From Candidatus Eiseniibacteriota bacterium (lineage in GTDB: Bacteria; Eisenbacteria; RBG-16-71-46): 64,000 nucleotides of DNA. The position numbers and the translations under genes were made by a program. The notes under the pieces were generated by a model. The model made no database searches and was not told the DNA's origin. It saw only the letters and a list, made by a program, of their open reading frames with translations. Location: assembly GCA_963744995.1 (NCBI GenBank), contig CAVUWA010000009.1, positions 388,392-452,391 of the forward strand. Direction: 5' to 3'. Each line of letters begins with the position of its first letter. Positions within the stretch are counted from its first letter, which is position 1. Of the stretch, positions 47,299 to 57,206 are shown piece after piece.

Positions 47299-50253
47299 AT
47301 GCAGAAGACGAGGCGGCAGCTCGCCGCTGCCGGCGTGATGATGCTCGCGTGCGGGGTATGGAGTGCCGCGGCGCGCCCGACGTCCGCCGCCAGCTCCGAT
47401 CCCACCGTCGCCCGCGTGGGCCGGCTGGACATCAGCCGCGCGGAACTCGAAGACCGCTTCAGCCAGGCGCGCGCCGCCTACCGGGGCCGCACCGGCCAGG
47501 CCCTGCCCGAGGCGGTGGTGCCCACGTTTCGCCGCACCGTGCTCGAGCAGCTCATCCGCGCGCGCCTGCTGATGCTCGAGGCCGAGAAGGAAGGGCGCCT
47601 GGTGTCGGAGGAGGACGCCGAGGCGGAACTCAGCAAGTCGCCGTTCTTCAGCGAGGACGGGCATTTCGTTCCATCGAAACTGGCCGCGGCGAAGCGCAAC
47701 GATCCGAAGGCATTCGCGGCGGCGCTCGCGGACGCCCGCCTGCGGCTCTCCGGGGCGCGTCTGCAGGAGCGGATCGAACGGCGCTTCGCGCCCGACGAAG
47801 CGAAGCTGAGGGCTGCGATCATGCGCCAGCTCACCACCGCCTCGCTCGATGCGCTGGTGCTGTCCTACGACGACTACGACGGCCGCGGCGCGGAGCCCAG
47901 CGAGCGCGACGTTCTCGACTACTACGCCGGACACAAGGCCGAGTTCGAGCGTCCCGCGCACGCGAAGATCACGGTGCTGTCGGTCGAACCCATCCCGGCC
48001 GACGACGAGGGCGCCGCCAGCCGTCAGGCGCGCGACGCCCACGTGCGCGAGCGCGCCGACAGTCTGCTCGCCGCTGCCCGCGACGGCACGCCGCTCGCGT
48101 CCCTGGCCGGAACGGCGCGGCTGCAGGAGGGACTCGACGTCAGCCGCGGCAACTTCCCCGGTCTGTGGCGCGGCGACGACCGCGCGCGCAACGCGGTCTT
48201 TTCGAGCCGTCCGGGCGAGCTGCTGCCGGTGCTCGTGCCGGGCCGCGACGGCTGGCTGATCGTGCGCGTGGACGAGGTCTCGCAGCGTGCGCCCGCACCG
48301 CTCGTCGACGTCGCCCGCGACATCCGCGCCAGGTTGCGTGCCGCGCGTCGCTCCGGTTCGAGCGACGCGGAGCTGCGCCGCGACTACGACGACATGCGGG
48401 ACGAGCTGGCCGGTCCGGCGGTACGGGTGCGCTACGCCCTCTTCGACAGCAGTCGGATCGAGGTGGCCAGACCCTCATCCACCGATCTGGATCGCTACTA
48501 CCGCGGTCATCTGGCCGACTACTCGAGCTTCGACGCCGCACGCGGCGCCATCCGGCAGAAGCCTTTCGAAGAGGTGCGCGAGGACGTGCAGGCGCGCTGG
48601 CTGCGCGAGCGCCGGATCGTCGAGGCCCGCGCCGCAGGCGAGCGCACGCTCGATGCGTGGCGGAGCGGACGTCGCGACCGGCGTACCGAGAAGCGTGCCG
48701 CGCTGCTGCGCGAGACCGGCCCGGTCGCGGTGGGGAGCCCCGTCGATACGCTGCGGTTCGGCGCGCTGCTCGGCGACACGGTCAGCGCCCGCGGCGCGCG
48801 CGAGGGAACCGGCATGATCGCCGTGCCGGGCGGCGTGCTGGTGTTCCAGATGTTCGATCATCGCGACGGCTACGTGCCCCCGTTCGAGGCCGTGCGCCAG
48901 CGGGTCGAGGCTCGTCACGCCAGGCGACTCGCGGCGGAGGAGACGGAGGCCGCGCGGCGGATGTTCGAAGCGGACCCCATGGCGTTCGCGCACGACAGCA
49001 CGGTGCATTTCTCGCGGCTCGTCGTCCCGCAGCCGCCGCCGATCGACGTGCCGCTCACCCGCGCCGAGGTCGAGCGCTACCACGCCGAGCACATCGACAG
49101 ATACTCCGCGCCGGAGGTGGTCTCCCTGCGCCAGATCCTGGTCGTGCCCAGCGGACCGGGTCCGGGCCCGGATCAGGCGGCCCGTCTCAAGGCCGAGGGC
49201 CTGCTGCGCCGTGTCCGGGCAGGAGAGGACTTCAACGACCTCGCGCAGAAGTTCAGCGACGATCTCGCCACCCGCGAATCGGGCGGCGACCTCGGCACGT
49301 TCGGACGCGGTGTACTGGCGCCTGCGATCGAGAAGGTCGCGTTCGCGCTGCGCCCCGGCGACGTCAGCGATCTGGTCCATACTTCGCAGGGCTACCACAT
49401 CCTCAAGTGCACCGGTTACGAACCCATGCAGGCGCGTCCGCTCGTGCAGGTGTACGCCAACGTGGGCTTCGAGGCGGCGATGGAGAAAGCCGTTCCGATC
49501 GCGCGTGCGCGGGCCGACAGCCTGATGCGGCACATCCACTCGCCGGAAGACGCCATCCGGATCGCTGCGTCGCAGAAGCTGGCCCTCTATCACAACACCA
49601 AGGCGATCGGTGAGGCCGCGGGGACGCCGGAGCTCGAGGCCTATTTCGACCGTCTCGACGAGCTGCGCCCCGGCCAGTTCTACCCGACGCCGGTCCATGT
49701 GCGCGGGCAGGGTTTCGCGATCACCTGGATCGACAGCATCACCCCCCCGCGCAAGCCGCGGTTCGAGGACGTCCGGTCGCAGGTGATCGCCGAATACCGC
49801 CGGGTGAACGGCGCGCACGCGCTGGAAGCGAAGCGAAGGGAGCTCGAGCGCATGGCGGCAGCGGGGTGGTCGCTCGACAGCCTCGCGACCCTCTTCGGGG
49901 GCCTCACCCGGGTGGACGGCCTCCATGCCGGCGACGGTCTGCAGGGATTCGGCGGCGCCGCGCAGATCGACTCGCTCATCTTCGGCAACGACCAGGCGCC
50001 CGCGCTGCAGCCGGGCGAGACCTCGGGCTGGGTGGCCTGTGCGAGTGGTCTGGTGCGGGTGAGGCTGGTCGCGCGCCACGCGCCACCGCCCGGCGAGCTG
50101 GCCGCGCGGCTCGAACGCGACCGCCGCAAGGAACTCGAGCGCAGCCTCTACTACTACTACGAGGGCCTGAAGCGCGACTACAACGTGCAGATCCGGGACC
50201 CGGACCTGGCCGCGCTCGCGCTGCCGCCCCCGACCGGGGCCGATCTGAAGTAG
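47299..50253 (+). CDS. Large periplasmic chaperone / peptidyl-prolyl isomerase (PpiD/SurA-like, parvulin domain)
   Basis: Signal-anchor MQKTRRQLAAAGVMMLACGVWSAAA. Parvulin region LRQILVV...FNDLAQKFSDD...GGDLGTFGRGVLAPAIEKVAFAL...GYHILK. Alternative start ATG 47281. Confidence 0.8.
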   Translation: MQKTRRQLAAAGVMMLACGVWSAAARPTSAASSDPTVARVGRLDISRAELEDRFSQARAAYRGRTGQALPEAVVPTFRRTVLEQLIRARLLMLEAEKEGRLVSEEDAEAELSKSPFFSEDGHFVPSKLAAAKRNDPKAFAAALADARLRLSGARLQERIERRFAPDEAKLRAAIMRQLTTASLDALVLSYDDYDGRGAEPSERDVLDYYAGHKAEFERPAHAKITVLSVEPIPADDEGAASRQARDAHVRERADSLLAAARDGTPLASLAGTARLQEGLDVSRGNFPGLWRGDDRARNAVFSSRPGELLPVLVPGRDGWLIVRVDEVSQRAPAPLVDVARDIRARLRAARRSGSSDAELRRDYDDMRDELAGPAVRVRYALFDSSRIEVARPSSTDLDRYYRGHLADYSSFDAARGAIRQKPFEEVREDVQARWLRERRIVEARAAGERTLDAWRSGRRDRRTEKRAALLRETGPVAVGSPVDTLRFGALLGDTVSARGAREGTGMIAVPGGVLVFQMFDHRDGYVPPFEAVRQRVEARHARRLAAEETEAARRMFEADPMAFAHDSTVHFSRLVVPQPPPIDVPLTRAEVERYHAEHIDRYSAPEVVSLRQILVVPSGPGPGPDQAARLKAEGLLRRVRAGEDFNDLAQKFSDDLATRESGGDLGTFGRGVLAPAIEKVAFALRPGDVSDLVHTSQGYHILKCTGYEPMQARPLVQVYANVGFEAAMEKAVPIARARADSLMRHIHSPEDAIRIAASQKLALYHNTKAIGEAAGTPELEAYFDRLDELRPGQFYPTPVHVRGQGFAITWIDSITPPRKPRFEDVRSQVIAEYRRVNGAHALEAKRRELERMAAAGWSLDSLATLFGGLTRVDGLHAGDGLQGFGGAAQIDSLIFGNDQAPALQPGETSGWVACASGLVRVRLVARHAPPPGELAARLERDRRKELERSLYYYYEGLKRDYNVQIRDPDLAALALPPPTGADLK

Positions 50254-50430
50254 GGTCGCACCGCGCAGCGTCGTCGCGTTCCGCACGGGGCCTCCCGGAC
50301 CCCGTTGCGTTTCGCCCGCCCGGGCGGGCGGCGGCCGGAGCGCGTTCTGCGCATCCGGCCCGCGGATGGCGTCGGCAGGCGATGGTATGGTCCGTGCAAG
50401 CCGGGTGAGTACATTCACCCAACTCCCATG

Positions 50431-51765
50431 GCCACACACTCCTCGACCCTGACGGACGACGCGCGCAGGCGCAGGCTGGTTCTGATCGACTTCGATTGGG
50501 CCGATGCCGACCTGCTGCCCGAACTCCTGGCTCAGCCCGACGTGTCGGTGCGGCTCGTCGCAGGCGAGCGCAACGACGACGCCGGACTGCGCGTCGCCGA
50601 GTTGTGCGGTCTGCCGCGCACGATGGACCTCGCCGATCTGACCCGCGAGATCTTCGACCTCGCCCTGGTCGGCGAGCGCAGCGTGCGCCGCACCCAGATC
50701 GAAGGTCTGCTGCAGGCGCTCGGCACCCCGTGCGCGTCTCCGCAGTCGTACCTGCAGGGCAGCCCCGACGGCCAGCAGTGCGGTCCCGCCATCGAGGCGC
50801 CGCTGGCGATGCACGCGGCTGCCTTCGAGGATGCGCTGGGCGGCGACGAATTCGACGCCATCATGGAGCACACGCTGCCCGACATGGGGGAGGCGGCGCC
50901 GACGGTTCCGCAGCCCGTTCGGCCCGCGGCCAAGCCGGGTGTCGTGGTCGGCACGCTCGAGGACTTCCCGTCCCCGGACGACCGCATGCGCCTGCGCGAC
51001 GCGCTCGCCGGCATGGCGCAATCGACCGGCGCCGAACACGCGGAGCTGCACGCCGGCAGGGGCGGCGACCTCGAGCTTCTCGCGAGGGTCGGGCTGGAGG
51101 ATCCGTTGCTGCGCGGCCTGGTGGAGAAGGCGCTGAGCTCGAACATGGCGCAGGTGGTGAGCCAGCTGTCCGGGCCCGAGCAGGGCAAGGCATGGGGCGC
51201 GTGGCCGTTCCAGACCACCAACCGCAACGGCGTCGTCGCCGCAGCCGGCATCAACCCCGGCGAGGGCTGGACCGAATGGGAGCGGCTGGTCGGCGAAATC
51301 CGCACGACGTGGGATCAGCAGGATCGCGATCTCGCGAGCCCCGCGTTCCCCATGGTTCCGGACCGGGTCGCGGGCTGGCTCGAAGTGGACGCGTTCATGA
51401 CGCGGCTGAATCTCGCCGTCGAACGCAACGGTCGTGACGGGTTGCACTTCTCGGTGCACCGCCTGGAATTCTCCGACGCTCCGCATTGCGTCGAAGATCT
51501 CTGTCAGAAGCTCCCGCAGCAGCTGCGCGACACCGATTGCATCTGCCATCCGGCGCCGCGGATCGTTCTGCTGCTGACTGCAGGCGCTCATGCGTCCTTC
51601 CCGCACGTCCGGCGCAGGTTGCTGGCCCTGTGGGAACAGGCGTGGCACGACGGCCGCCAGCCGTCGCCCGCGCCGCCGATCACGGGCGAGCGCGTCGACC
51701 TGACCGGACCGGAAGACGCCGCGGCGTTCGTTTCGACCGTGGGGCGCTGGCTCGACCGGACCTGA
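50431..51765 (+). CDS. Hypothetical protein (444 aa)
   Basis: Good coding composition between ppiD-like and mutL. No family recognised. Confidence 0.5.
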   Translation, partial: ATHSSTLTDDARRRRLVLIDFDWADADLLPELLAQPDVSVRLVAGERNDDAGLRVAELCGLPRTMDLADLTREIFDLALVGERSVRRTQIEGLLQALGTPCASPQSYLQGSPDGQQCGPAIEAPLAMHAAAFEDALGGDEFDAIMEHTLPDMGEAAPTVPQPVRPAAKPGVVVGTLEDFPSPDDRMRLRDALAGMAQSTGAEHAELHAGRGGDLELLARVGLEDPLLRGLVEKALSSNMAQVVSQLSGPEQGKAWGAWPFQTTNRNGVVAAAGINPGEGWTEWERLVGEIRTTWDQQDRDLASPAFPMVPDRVAGWLEVDAFMTRLNLAVERNGRDGLHFSVHRLEFSDAPHCVEDLCQKLPQQLRDTDCICHPAPRIVLLLTAGAHASFPHVRRRLLALWEQAWHDGRQPSPAPPITGERVDLTGPEDAAAFVSTVGRWLDRT

Positions 51766-51816
51766 ACGACCGCCTGTTGCGCGGGCCCGGGGGGCGTGGC
51801 ATGGTAATCGCCCTCC

Positions 51817-53586
51817 ATGAACGTCACCGCGCACCGCTCCATCCGCCGCCTCGAGCCCGACACCGCCTCGCGCATCGCCGCGGGTGAGGTGATCGAACGG
51901 CCCCTCTCGGCGCTCAAGGAACTGATCGAGAACGCGCTGGATGCCGGCGCGCGCGCGATCGAGGTGCGTGCCGGTCGCTCGCTCGACGAGGTGTTCCAGG
52001 TCGCCGATGACGGCACGGGAATCGCCGCCGCCGAGATCGAGCTCGCGCTCGAACGGCACGCGACCAGCAAGATCGCAGCGCTCGAGGACCTGCACCGGCT
52101 GACGACGCTCGGATTCCGCGGCGAGGCGCTGCCGAGCATTGCCGCGGTCAGCCGGATGAAGATCACGACGCGGACCCGCGACGCGGAAGCCGCGACCGAG
52201 GTCGAGGTCGAGGCGGGAAAGGTGACGCGGCGCGGCCAGGCCGCCCGCGCGCCCGGCACCACCATCGTGGTGCGCGACCTGTTCCACAACCTGCCCGCGC
52301 GCCGCAAGTTCCTGAACTCGCCGGCCGGCGAGCTGCGCGCCGCGCTGCGGCTGATGGAGGCGATGGCGCTCGCCTACCCGGAAACGGCGTTCCGCATGGT
52401 GGTCGACGGCCGCCAGCGCTTCGACTGGCCGGCGGTGGCGACGCGCCGTGAGCGCGCCGCGGCGCTCTGGGGCGCGCGCCATGCGGAGCAGTGGATCGAG
52501 GCGGTGGGCGAGCGCGAGGGCCTGGTGGTCGAAGGCCTGCTGGGCCTGCCCGAGCACGCCCGCTCGACGCGGGAGGGACAGATCTTCCTCATCAACCGCC
52601 GCTGGGTGCAGGCACCGATGCTGGCCTCGGCGCTGCGCCAGGCCTACGGCGATCTGCTCCCCGGGGGCCGTTTCCCTGCCGCGGTGATCTGGCTGTCGGT
52701 GCCGCCCGAACGGCTCGACGTGAACGTGCACCCCACCAAGCGCGAGGTTCGCTTCGCACAGGAAGACCCGGTGTTCTCGCTGGTCAGCGCCGCCTGCGCC
52801 GCCCCGCTCGCCGGACTCCATCCGCCGTTCACGGTGGTGCGCGGCGGTGGGCCCGAACCGCGCTGGGCGGACCGGGTCCGCGAGCAGCCGCAGCGGGGCG
52901 GGCAGATGGGGCTCGAGCGCCTGTTCGAACGCGACCCAGCGGACCCGGCGGCGGACCCCGTGCCCCCGGTGGCGGCTCCGGTGCCGCCGGCCACGGCGAC
53001 CCGGGCGGCGGAGACCGATGCGGAGTTCTGGCAACTGCACCGCACCTATATTCTCGCGCCGGTGCGCGGCGGACTGATCATCGTGGACCAGCATGCCGCG
53101 CACGAGCGGATCCTCTACGAGGAGGCGCTGGCGCGCATGGCCGGCGGCCGCGGCAGCTCGCAGCAATTGCTGTTCCCGGCGCTCGTCGACCTCTCACGCG
53201 ATCAGTTCGAGCTGCTGCTCGAGCTCGGACCGTGGCTCGGGCAGCTGGGCTGGGACCTTTCGCCGCTCGGGCCGCCGACGGTGGTGATCCAGGGCATTCC
53301 CGCGGGGCTGCGCCACGAGCAGCCCGGACAACTGCTGCAGGACCTCCTCGACGGCCTGGGCGAGGACTCGGGGCGCAGCGCCGACGAGGACATCGCCGAA
53401 CGTCTGGCGCGCTCCTACGCGTGCCACGCGGCGACCCGTGCGGGGGACCGGCTCAGCCAGCTGGAGATGCGGACGCTCGTCGACCGTCTGTTCGCGACCA
53501 GCAAGCCGCACGGCGATCCGCACGGCCGCGCCACGTTCGTCCGCCTCGACCTCGAGGATCTGCACCGGCGCTTCGGCCGGAGCTGA
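51817..53586 (+). CDS. mutL: DNA mismatch repair protein MutL
   Basis: ASRIAAGEVIERPLSALKELIENALDAGA (GHKL ATPase N-terminus). C-terminal dimerisation region. Confidence 0.9.
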   Translation: MNVTAHRSIRRLEPDTASRIAAGEVIERPLSALKELIENALDAGARAIEVRAGRSLDEVFQVADDGTGIAAAEIELALERHATSKIAALEDLHRLTTLGFRGEALPSIAAVSRMKITTRTRDAEAATEVEVEAGKVTRRGQAARAPGTTIVVRDLFHNLPARRKFLNSPAGELRAALRLMEAMALAYPETAFRMVVDGRQRFDWPAVATRRERAAALWGARHAEQWIEAVGEREGLVVEGLLGLPEHARSTREGQIFLINRRWVQAPMLASALRQAYGDLLPGGRFPAAVIWLSVPPERLDVNVHPTKREVRFAQEDPVFSLVSAACAAPLAGLHPPFTVVRGGGPEPRWADRVREQPQRGGQMGLERLFERDPADPAADPVPPVAAPVPPATATRAAETDAEFWQLHRTYILAPVRGGLIIVDQHAAHERILYEEALARMAGGRGSSQQLLFPALVDLSRDQFELLLELGPWLGQLGWDLSPLGPPTVVIQGIPAGLRHEQPGQLLQDLLDGLGEDSGRSADEDIAERLARSYACHAATRAGDRLSQLEMRTLVDRLFATSKPHGDPHGRATFVRLDLEDLHRRFGRS

Positions 53587-53590
53587 GCCC

Positions 53591-54538
53591 GTGAGCGCGC
53601 CGCGCGCCGGGGAAGGGACGGCGCCCGTGGGTCCCCGGATCGTCGCCATCGTCGGCGAAACCGCCACGGGAAAGACCGATGTCGGCGAAGCGGTGGCCGA
53701 CGCGCTGGGCGGCGATGTGGTGTGCGCCGATTCGCGTCAGGTATTCGCGGAACTTGACGTCGGCACCGGCAAGCCGGACCGCTTCGCCCGCGCCGCGCGT
53801 GCACATCATCTGTTCGACGCACTGCACGTGGGTGAATCCGCGAGCGCGGGCTGGTACCTGGAGGCGGTGCGCGCCACGTGCGCGGCGATTCACGCCCGCG
53901 GGCGGACGCCGGTGCTGGTCGGCGGCTCGGGGCTGTATCTGGAGGCGGCACGTTCCGGCATCGCCGCGGCGCCGCCTTCGGATCCGGTGCGGCGCGCGGC
54001 ACTCGCCGAGGCGGCCGCGCGCGCAGGCCCGGAGGCACTGCACGCGCGGCTCGCGCGCGGCGATCCGGAGACCGCGGCGCGGCTCGCACCGCGCGACGCG
54101 CAGCGCATCGTGCGCGCGCTCGAGGTACTGGAGGCGAGCGGGCGCCCGCTGTCCTGGTGGCATCGCCAGCCGCATGCCGCGCCGGTCGCCGGCGACTGGC
54201 GGATCTTCCAGGTGAGCGGCCCGCTCGAATGGCTGCGTGCCCGCATCGAACGGCGCACGGCGTGGATGTTCGCGAGCGGACTCATCGAGGAAACCCGCGC
54301 GCTGCTCGCTTCCGAACGCGGGCCGGCGCTGCGCCAGCTGCGCGCCATCGGCTACGACGAAGCCATCCTGCTCCTCGAGGGCCACCTCGATCGCACCGCC
54401 GCGGAGGCGCGCACCACCCTGCGCACGATCCAGTTCGCGAAGCGCCAGCGGACCTGGTTCAGACATCGGGGGCACGCGCGGGCGATCGCGCCGGAGGGTG
54501 CCGTTGCCGCCATCCGACAGATGTTGCGCTTCCCCTGA
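53591..54538 (+). CDS. miaA: tRNA dimethylallyltransferase
   Basis: IVGETATGKTD P-loop and CADSRQVF...DVGTGKP motifs. Confidence 0.9.
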   Translation: MSAPRAGEGTAPVGPRIVAIVGETATGKTDVGEAVADALGGDVVCADSRQVFAELDVGTGKPDRFARAARAHHLFDALHVGESASAGWYLEAVRATCAAIHARGRTPVLVGGSGLYLEAARSGIAAAPPSDPVRRAALAEAAARAGPEALHARLARGDPETAARLAPRDAQRIVRALEVLEASGRPLSWWHRQPHAAPVAGDWRIFQVSGPLEWLRARIERRTAWMFASGLIEETRALLASERGPALRQLRAIGYDEAILLLEGHLDRTAAEARTTLRTIQFAKRQRTWFRHRGHARAIAPEGAVAAIRQMLRFP

Positions 54539-54666
54539 AGCGGCCACGTGCGGGCGCCGGCGCGGCCGCGGCGTGGCGCCTTTCATTTGCGTGCGGCGAG
54601 CGGTAGCATGCGGGCGGTGCCGCCCGCCATGGCGGCGAACGCCGCACCGCGGCAGGAGGATCGCGC

Positions 54667-55011
54667 ATGGCCAGAGTCACAAGAAAGGACGAGGGGGACG
54701 TCACCGTGCTCACCCTGAAGGGCAGCTTCTTCGGGGACACGGAAACCGACGAGCTCATGCAGGCATTCAACGACCTGGTGGCGAAGGACAACCGCAAGGT
54801 CGTTCTGGACTTCTCGGGCTGCGAGGCCATGAACTCGCTGGCGATCTCGGTGCTCATGCGCGCCCACGCGAACTACGCGAAGCGCTCCGGTGAGATCAAG
54901 GTCTGCGGGCTCGACAAGCGGATCAAGTCGACCTTCGTGATGACCAAACTGATCCTGGTCTTCGACCACCACGACACCGTCGCGCAGGCCATGGCCGCGT
55001 TCGCCGGCTGA
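54667..55011 (+). CDS. STAS-domain anti-sigma factor antagonist
   Basis: VTVLTLKGSFFGDTETDELMQAFNDLVAKDNRKVVLDFSGCEAMNSLAISVLM. Confidence 0.85.
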   Translation: MARVTRKDEGDVTVLTLKGSFFGDTETDELMQAFNDLVAKDNRKVVLDFSGCEAMNSLAISVLMRAHANYAKRSGEIKVCGLDKRIKSTFVMTKLILVFDHHDTVAQAMAAFAG

Positions 55012-55085
55012 GCGCCGCACGGTCGATTGACACCCCTCGGGCGGGGCCCTAGCTTAGAACGTCCTTGCCTTTCGGGCCGCTCCGG

Positions 55086-55161
55086 GCGGGCATAGCTCAG
55101 TTGGTAGAGCGCGAGCTTCCCAAGCTTGAGGTCGCGGGTTCGAACCCCGTTGCCCGCTCCA
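55086..55161 (+). tRNA. tRNA-Gly (anticodon CCC)
   Basis: Cloverleaf read by eye: acceptor GCGGGCA/TGCCCGC, anticodon loop TTCCCAA, T-loop GGTTCGAAC, 3' CCA encoded. Confidence 0.9.
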
Positions 55162-55215
55162 TGCTTCCTTCGGCGGCGCGCCGGACGCTCCCGGCGCGCC
55201 GCACTTTTCGAGACC

Positions 55216-56526
55216 ATGCCGATCCCCGTCGTCGTCATCATCGGTCGTCCCAACGTGGGCAAGTCCACGTTCTTCAACCGCGTGCTCGGCGAGCGCCGCG
55301 CGGTGGTGGACGACCGCCCCGGCATTACCCGCGATCGCAACGCGGTCCGCGCCGAGTGGACCGGACGCTCGTTCCTGCTGGTGGATACGGGCGGCTTCCT
55401 GCCCGCCGCCGCGGAGGGCCGCGACGCCGAGGTCCGCAAGCAGGCCGAAATGGCGATCGGACTGGCCCACGTGGTCGTGTTCATGGTGGACGCACACACC
55501 GGGGCCACCGACCTCGACGCGGCGATCGCTCAGAACCTGCGCCGCCGTGACCGCCCGGCGCTGCTCGTGGTGAACAAAGTCGATAAGCCCCTCGATCCGA
55601 TCGTGCACGACTTCCACCGCTTCGGGATCGGCGAGCCGATTCCGATCAGTGCCGAGGGCGGAACCGGCATCGGCGATCTGCTCGACCGGATCGTGGCGCT
55701 GCTGCCGGCGGATGACGGGGGAGCGGAGGCGCCCGCCACGCGGATCGCGATCGTCGGCCGCCCGAACGTCGGCAAGTCGTCGCTCACCAACGCGCTGCTC
55801 GGCGAGGACCGGATGATCGTCGAGGCCAGCCCGGGCACCACGCTCGATCCGATCGATACGGCGTGGAAGACGCCGGTCGGCGAATTCGTGCTCGTCGACA
55901 CGGCCGGCATCCGCAGGCAGGCGCACTTTCGCGAGCAGTCGGAGTTCTACGCGATCATGCGGGCGCTCGGCGCACTGCAGCGCGCGGACATCGCCTGCCT
56001 GGTCGTGGACAGCGTCGAAGGGTTCCATCGCCAGGAGGCGCGTCTCGCACACCATGCGCTCGAGGCCGGCTGTTCCGTGCAGCTCGTCTACAACAAGTGG
56101 GATCTGATCGAGGACCGCGAGCTGGCATGGAAGGCGGCGCTCAAAGAGCGTGCGAGCCGCTATCCGACGCTCGCCGATCTGCCGGCGATCCCGGTCTCCG
56201 CGACCGGCGGTCAGCATCTGCACCGGCTGCCGAAAGTGCTGTTCGATCGCGTCGCCGAACACCGCCGCACGATTTCGACCCGCGACCTCAACGCATGGCT
56301 CGAAGAGGTGCAGCAGAAGCGACAGGTGCCCAGCAACCGCGTCGGCAAGTCGCCGAAGATCTACTACCTCACCCAGACCGGAACCGGTCCACCTGCGTTC
56401 ACCCTGTTCGTGAATGCGCCGTCGCGGCTGAGCGAGAACTATCGCAGGTTTCTCTGGCTTCAGTTCACGAAGCACTTTAAGTTCGCCGGAACTCCGGTGC
56501 GTCTGCGCGTGAGGAAGAGCGAATGA
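55216..56526 (+). CDS. der: Ribosome biogenesis GTPase Der (EngA)
   Basis: Two GTPase domains: GRPNVGKST (twice), DTGG and DTAG, NKVD and NKWD. Confidence 0.9.
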   Translation: MPIPVVVIIGRPNVGKSTFFNRVLGERRAVVDDRPGITRDRNAVRAEWTGRSFLLVDTGGFLPAAAEGRDAEVRKQAEMAIGLAHVVVFMVDAHTGATDLDAAIAQNLRRRDRPALLVVNKVDKPLDPIVHDFHRFGIGEPIPISAEGGTGIGDLLDRIVALLPADDGGAEAPATRIAIVGRPNVGKSSLTNALLGEDRMIVEASPGTTLDPIDTAWKTPVGEFVLVDTAGIRRQAHFREQSEFYAIMRALGALQRADIACLVVDSVEGFHRQEARLAHHALEAGCSVQLVYNKWDLIEDRELAWKAALKERASRYPTLADLPAIPVSATGGQHLHRLPKVLFDRVAEHRRTISTRDLNAWLEEVQQKRQVPSNRVGKSPKIYYLTQTGTGPPAFTLFVNAPSRLSENYRRFLWLQFTKHFKFAGTPVRLRVRKSE

Positions 56527-57206
56527 CCGATTCGGCCCTCGGGGCCGCGACCAGCGTCGCGTTCTGCGTGATCCTCGGCTACGTGTGCGGCTCGCTGCCG
56601 TTCGCCCTGTGGCTCGGGCGCTGGTGGCGCGGGGTGGACGTGCGCAGCGCCGGGTCCGGCAATCTCGGCGCGACCAATGTCTACCGCACGCTGGGTCCCG
56701 CGGTCGGCATCCCGGTGCTGCTGCTCGACGTGTCGAAGGGGGCGATTCCCGTCTGGACCCTGCCGCGCCTCGCCCCGGCCGCGCACTTTCCGGGCGGCAT
56801 GGAATGGTGCGCCATTGCGGTGGGGCTGGCGGCGATCCTCGGTCACATGTTCACGTTCCTCGCCGGCTTTCGCGGCGGCAAGGGAGTCGCGACCACGGTG
56901 GGCGCGCTGCTCTCGCTGGCACCCCTCGCCTTTCTCGCGTTCGTGGTCGTGTTCTTCGCGACCCTGCTCGCGACCCGCTTCGTCTCGCTCGGCTCGATCC
57001 TCGGCGCTCTGGCATTCGCCGTGGCGCTGCCGTTCACGCGGGCGGGGGGCATCGCGAGCCCGACGTTTGTGTTCGGCGTGCTGGTCGCCGTGCTGATCAT
57101 CCTGCGCCACCGGCCGAACATCGAGCGGCTGCTCCGCGGAACCGAATCACGTCTCTCGTTCCGGCGCACCCCCGGTGCCGGCAACGGCAGGGCGGGCGCG
57201 CCGTGA
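56523..57206 (+). CDS. plsY: Glycerol-3-phosphate acyltransferase PlsY
   Basis: GSGNLGATNVYR and KGVAT motifs. Multi-TM. Confidence 0.9.
   Translation: MTDSALGAATSVAFCVILGYVCGSLPFALWLGRWWRGVDVRSAGSGNLGATNVYRTLGPAVGIPVLLLDVSKGAIPVWTLPRLAPAAHFPGGMEWCAIAVGLAAILGHMFTFLAGFRGGKGVATTVGALLSLAPLAFLAFVVVFFATLLATRFVSLGSILGALAFAVALPFTRAGGIASPTFVFGVLVAVLIILRHRPNIERLLRGTESRLSFRRTPGAGNGRAGAP

Noticed and set aside
48475-53166. 1563-aa reverse-strand ORF opposite ppiD-like, the hypothetical and mutL
   Set aside because: Shadow ORF; the + strand MutL and parvulin motifs are unambiguous.
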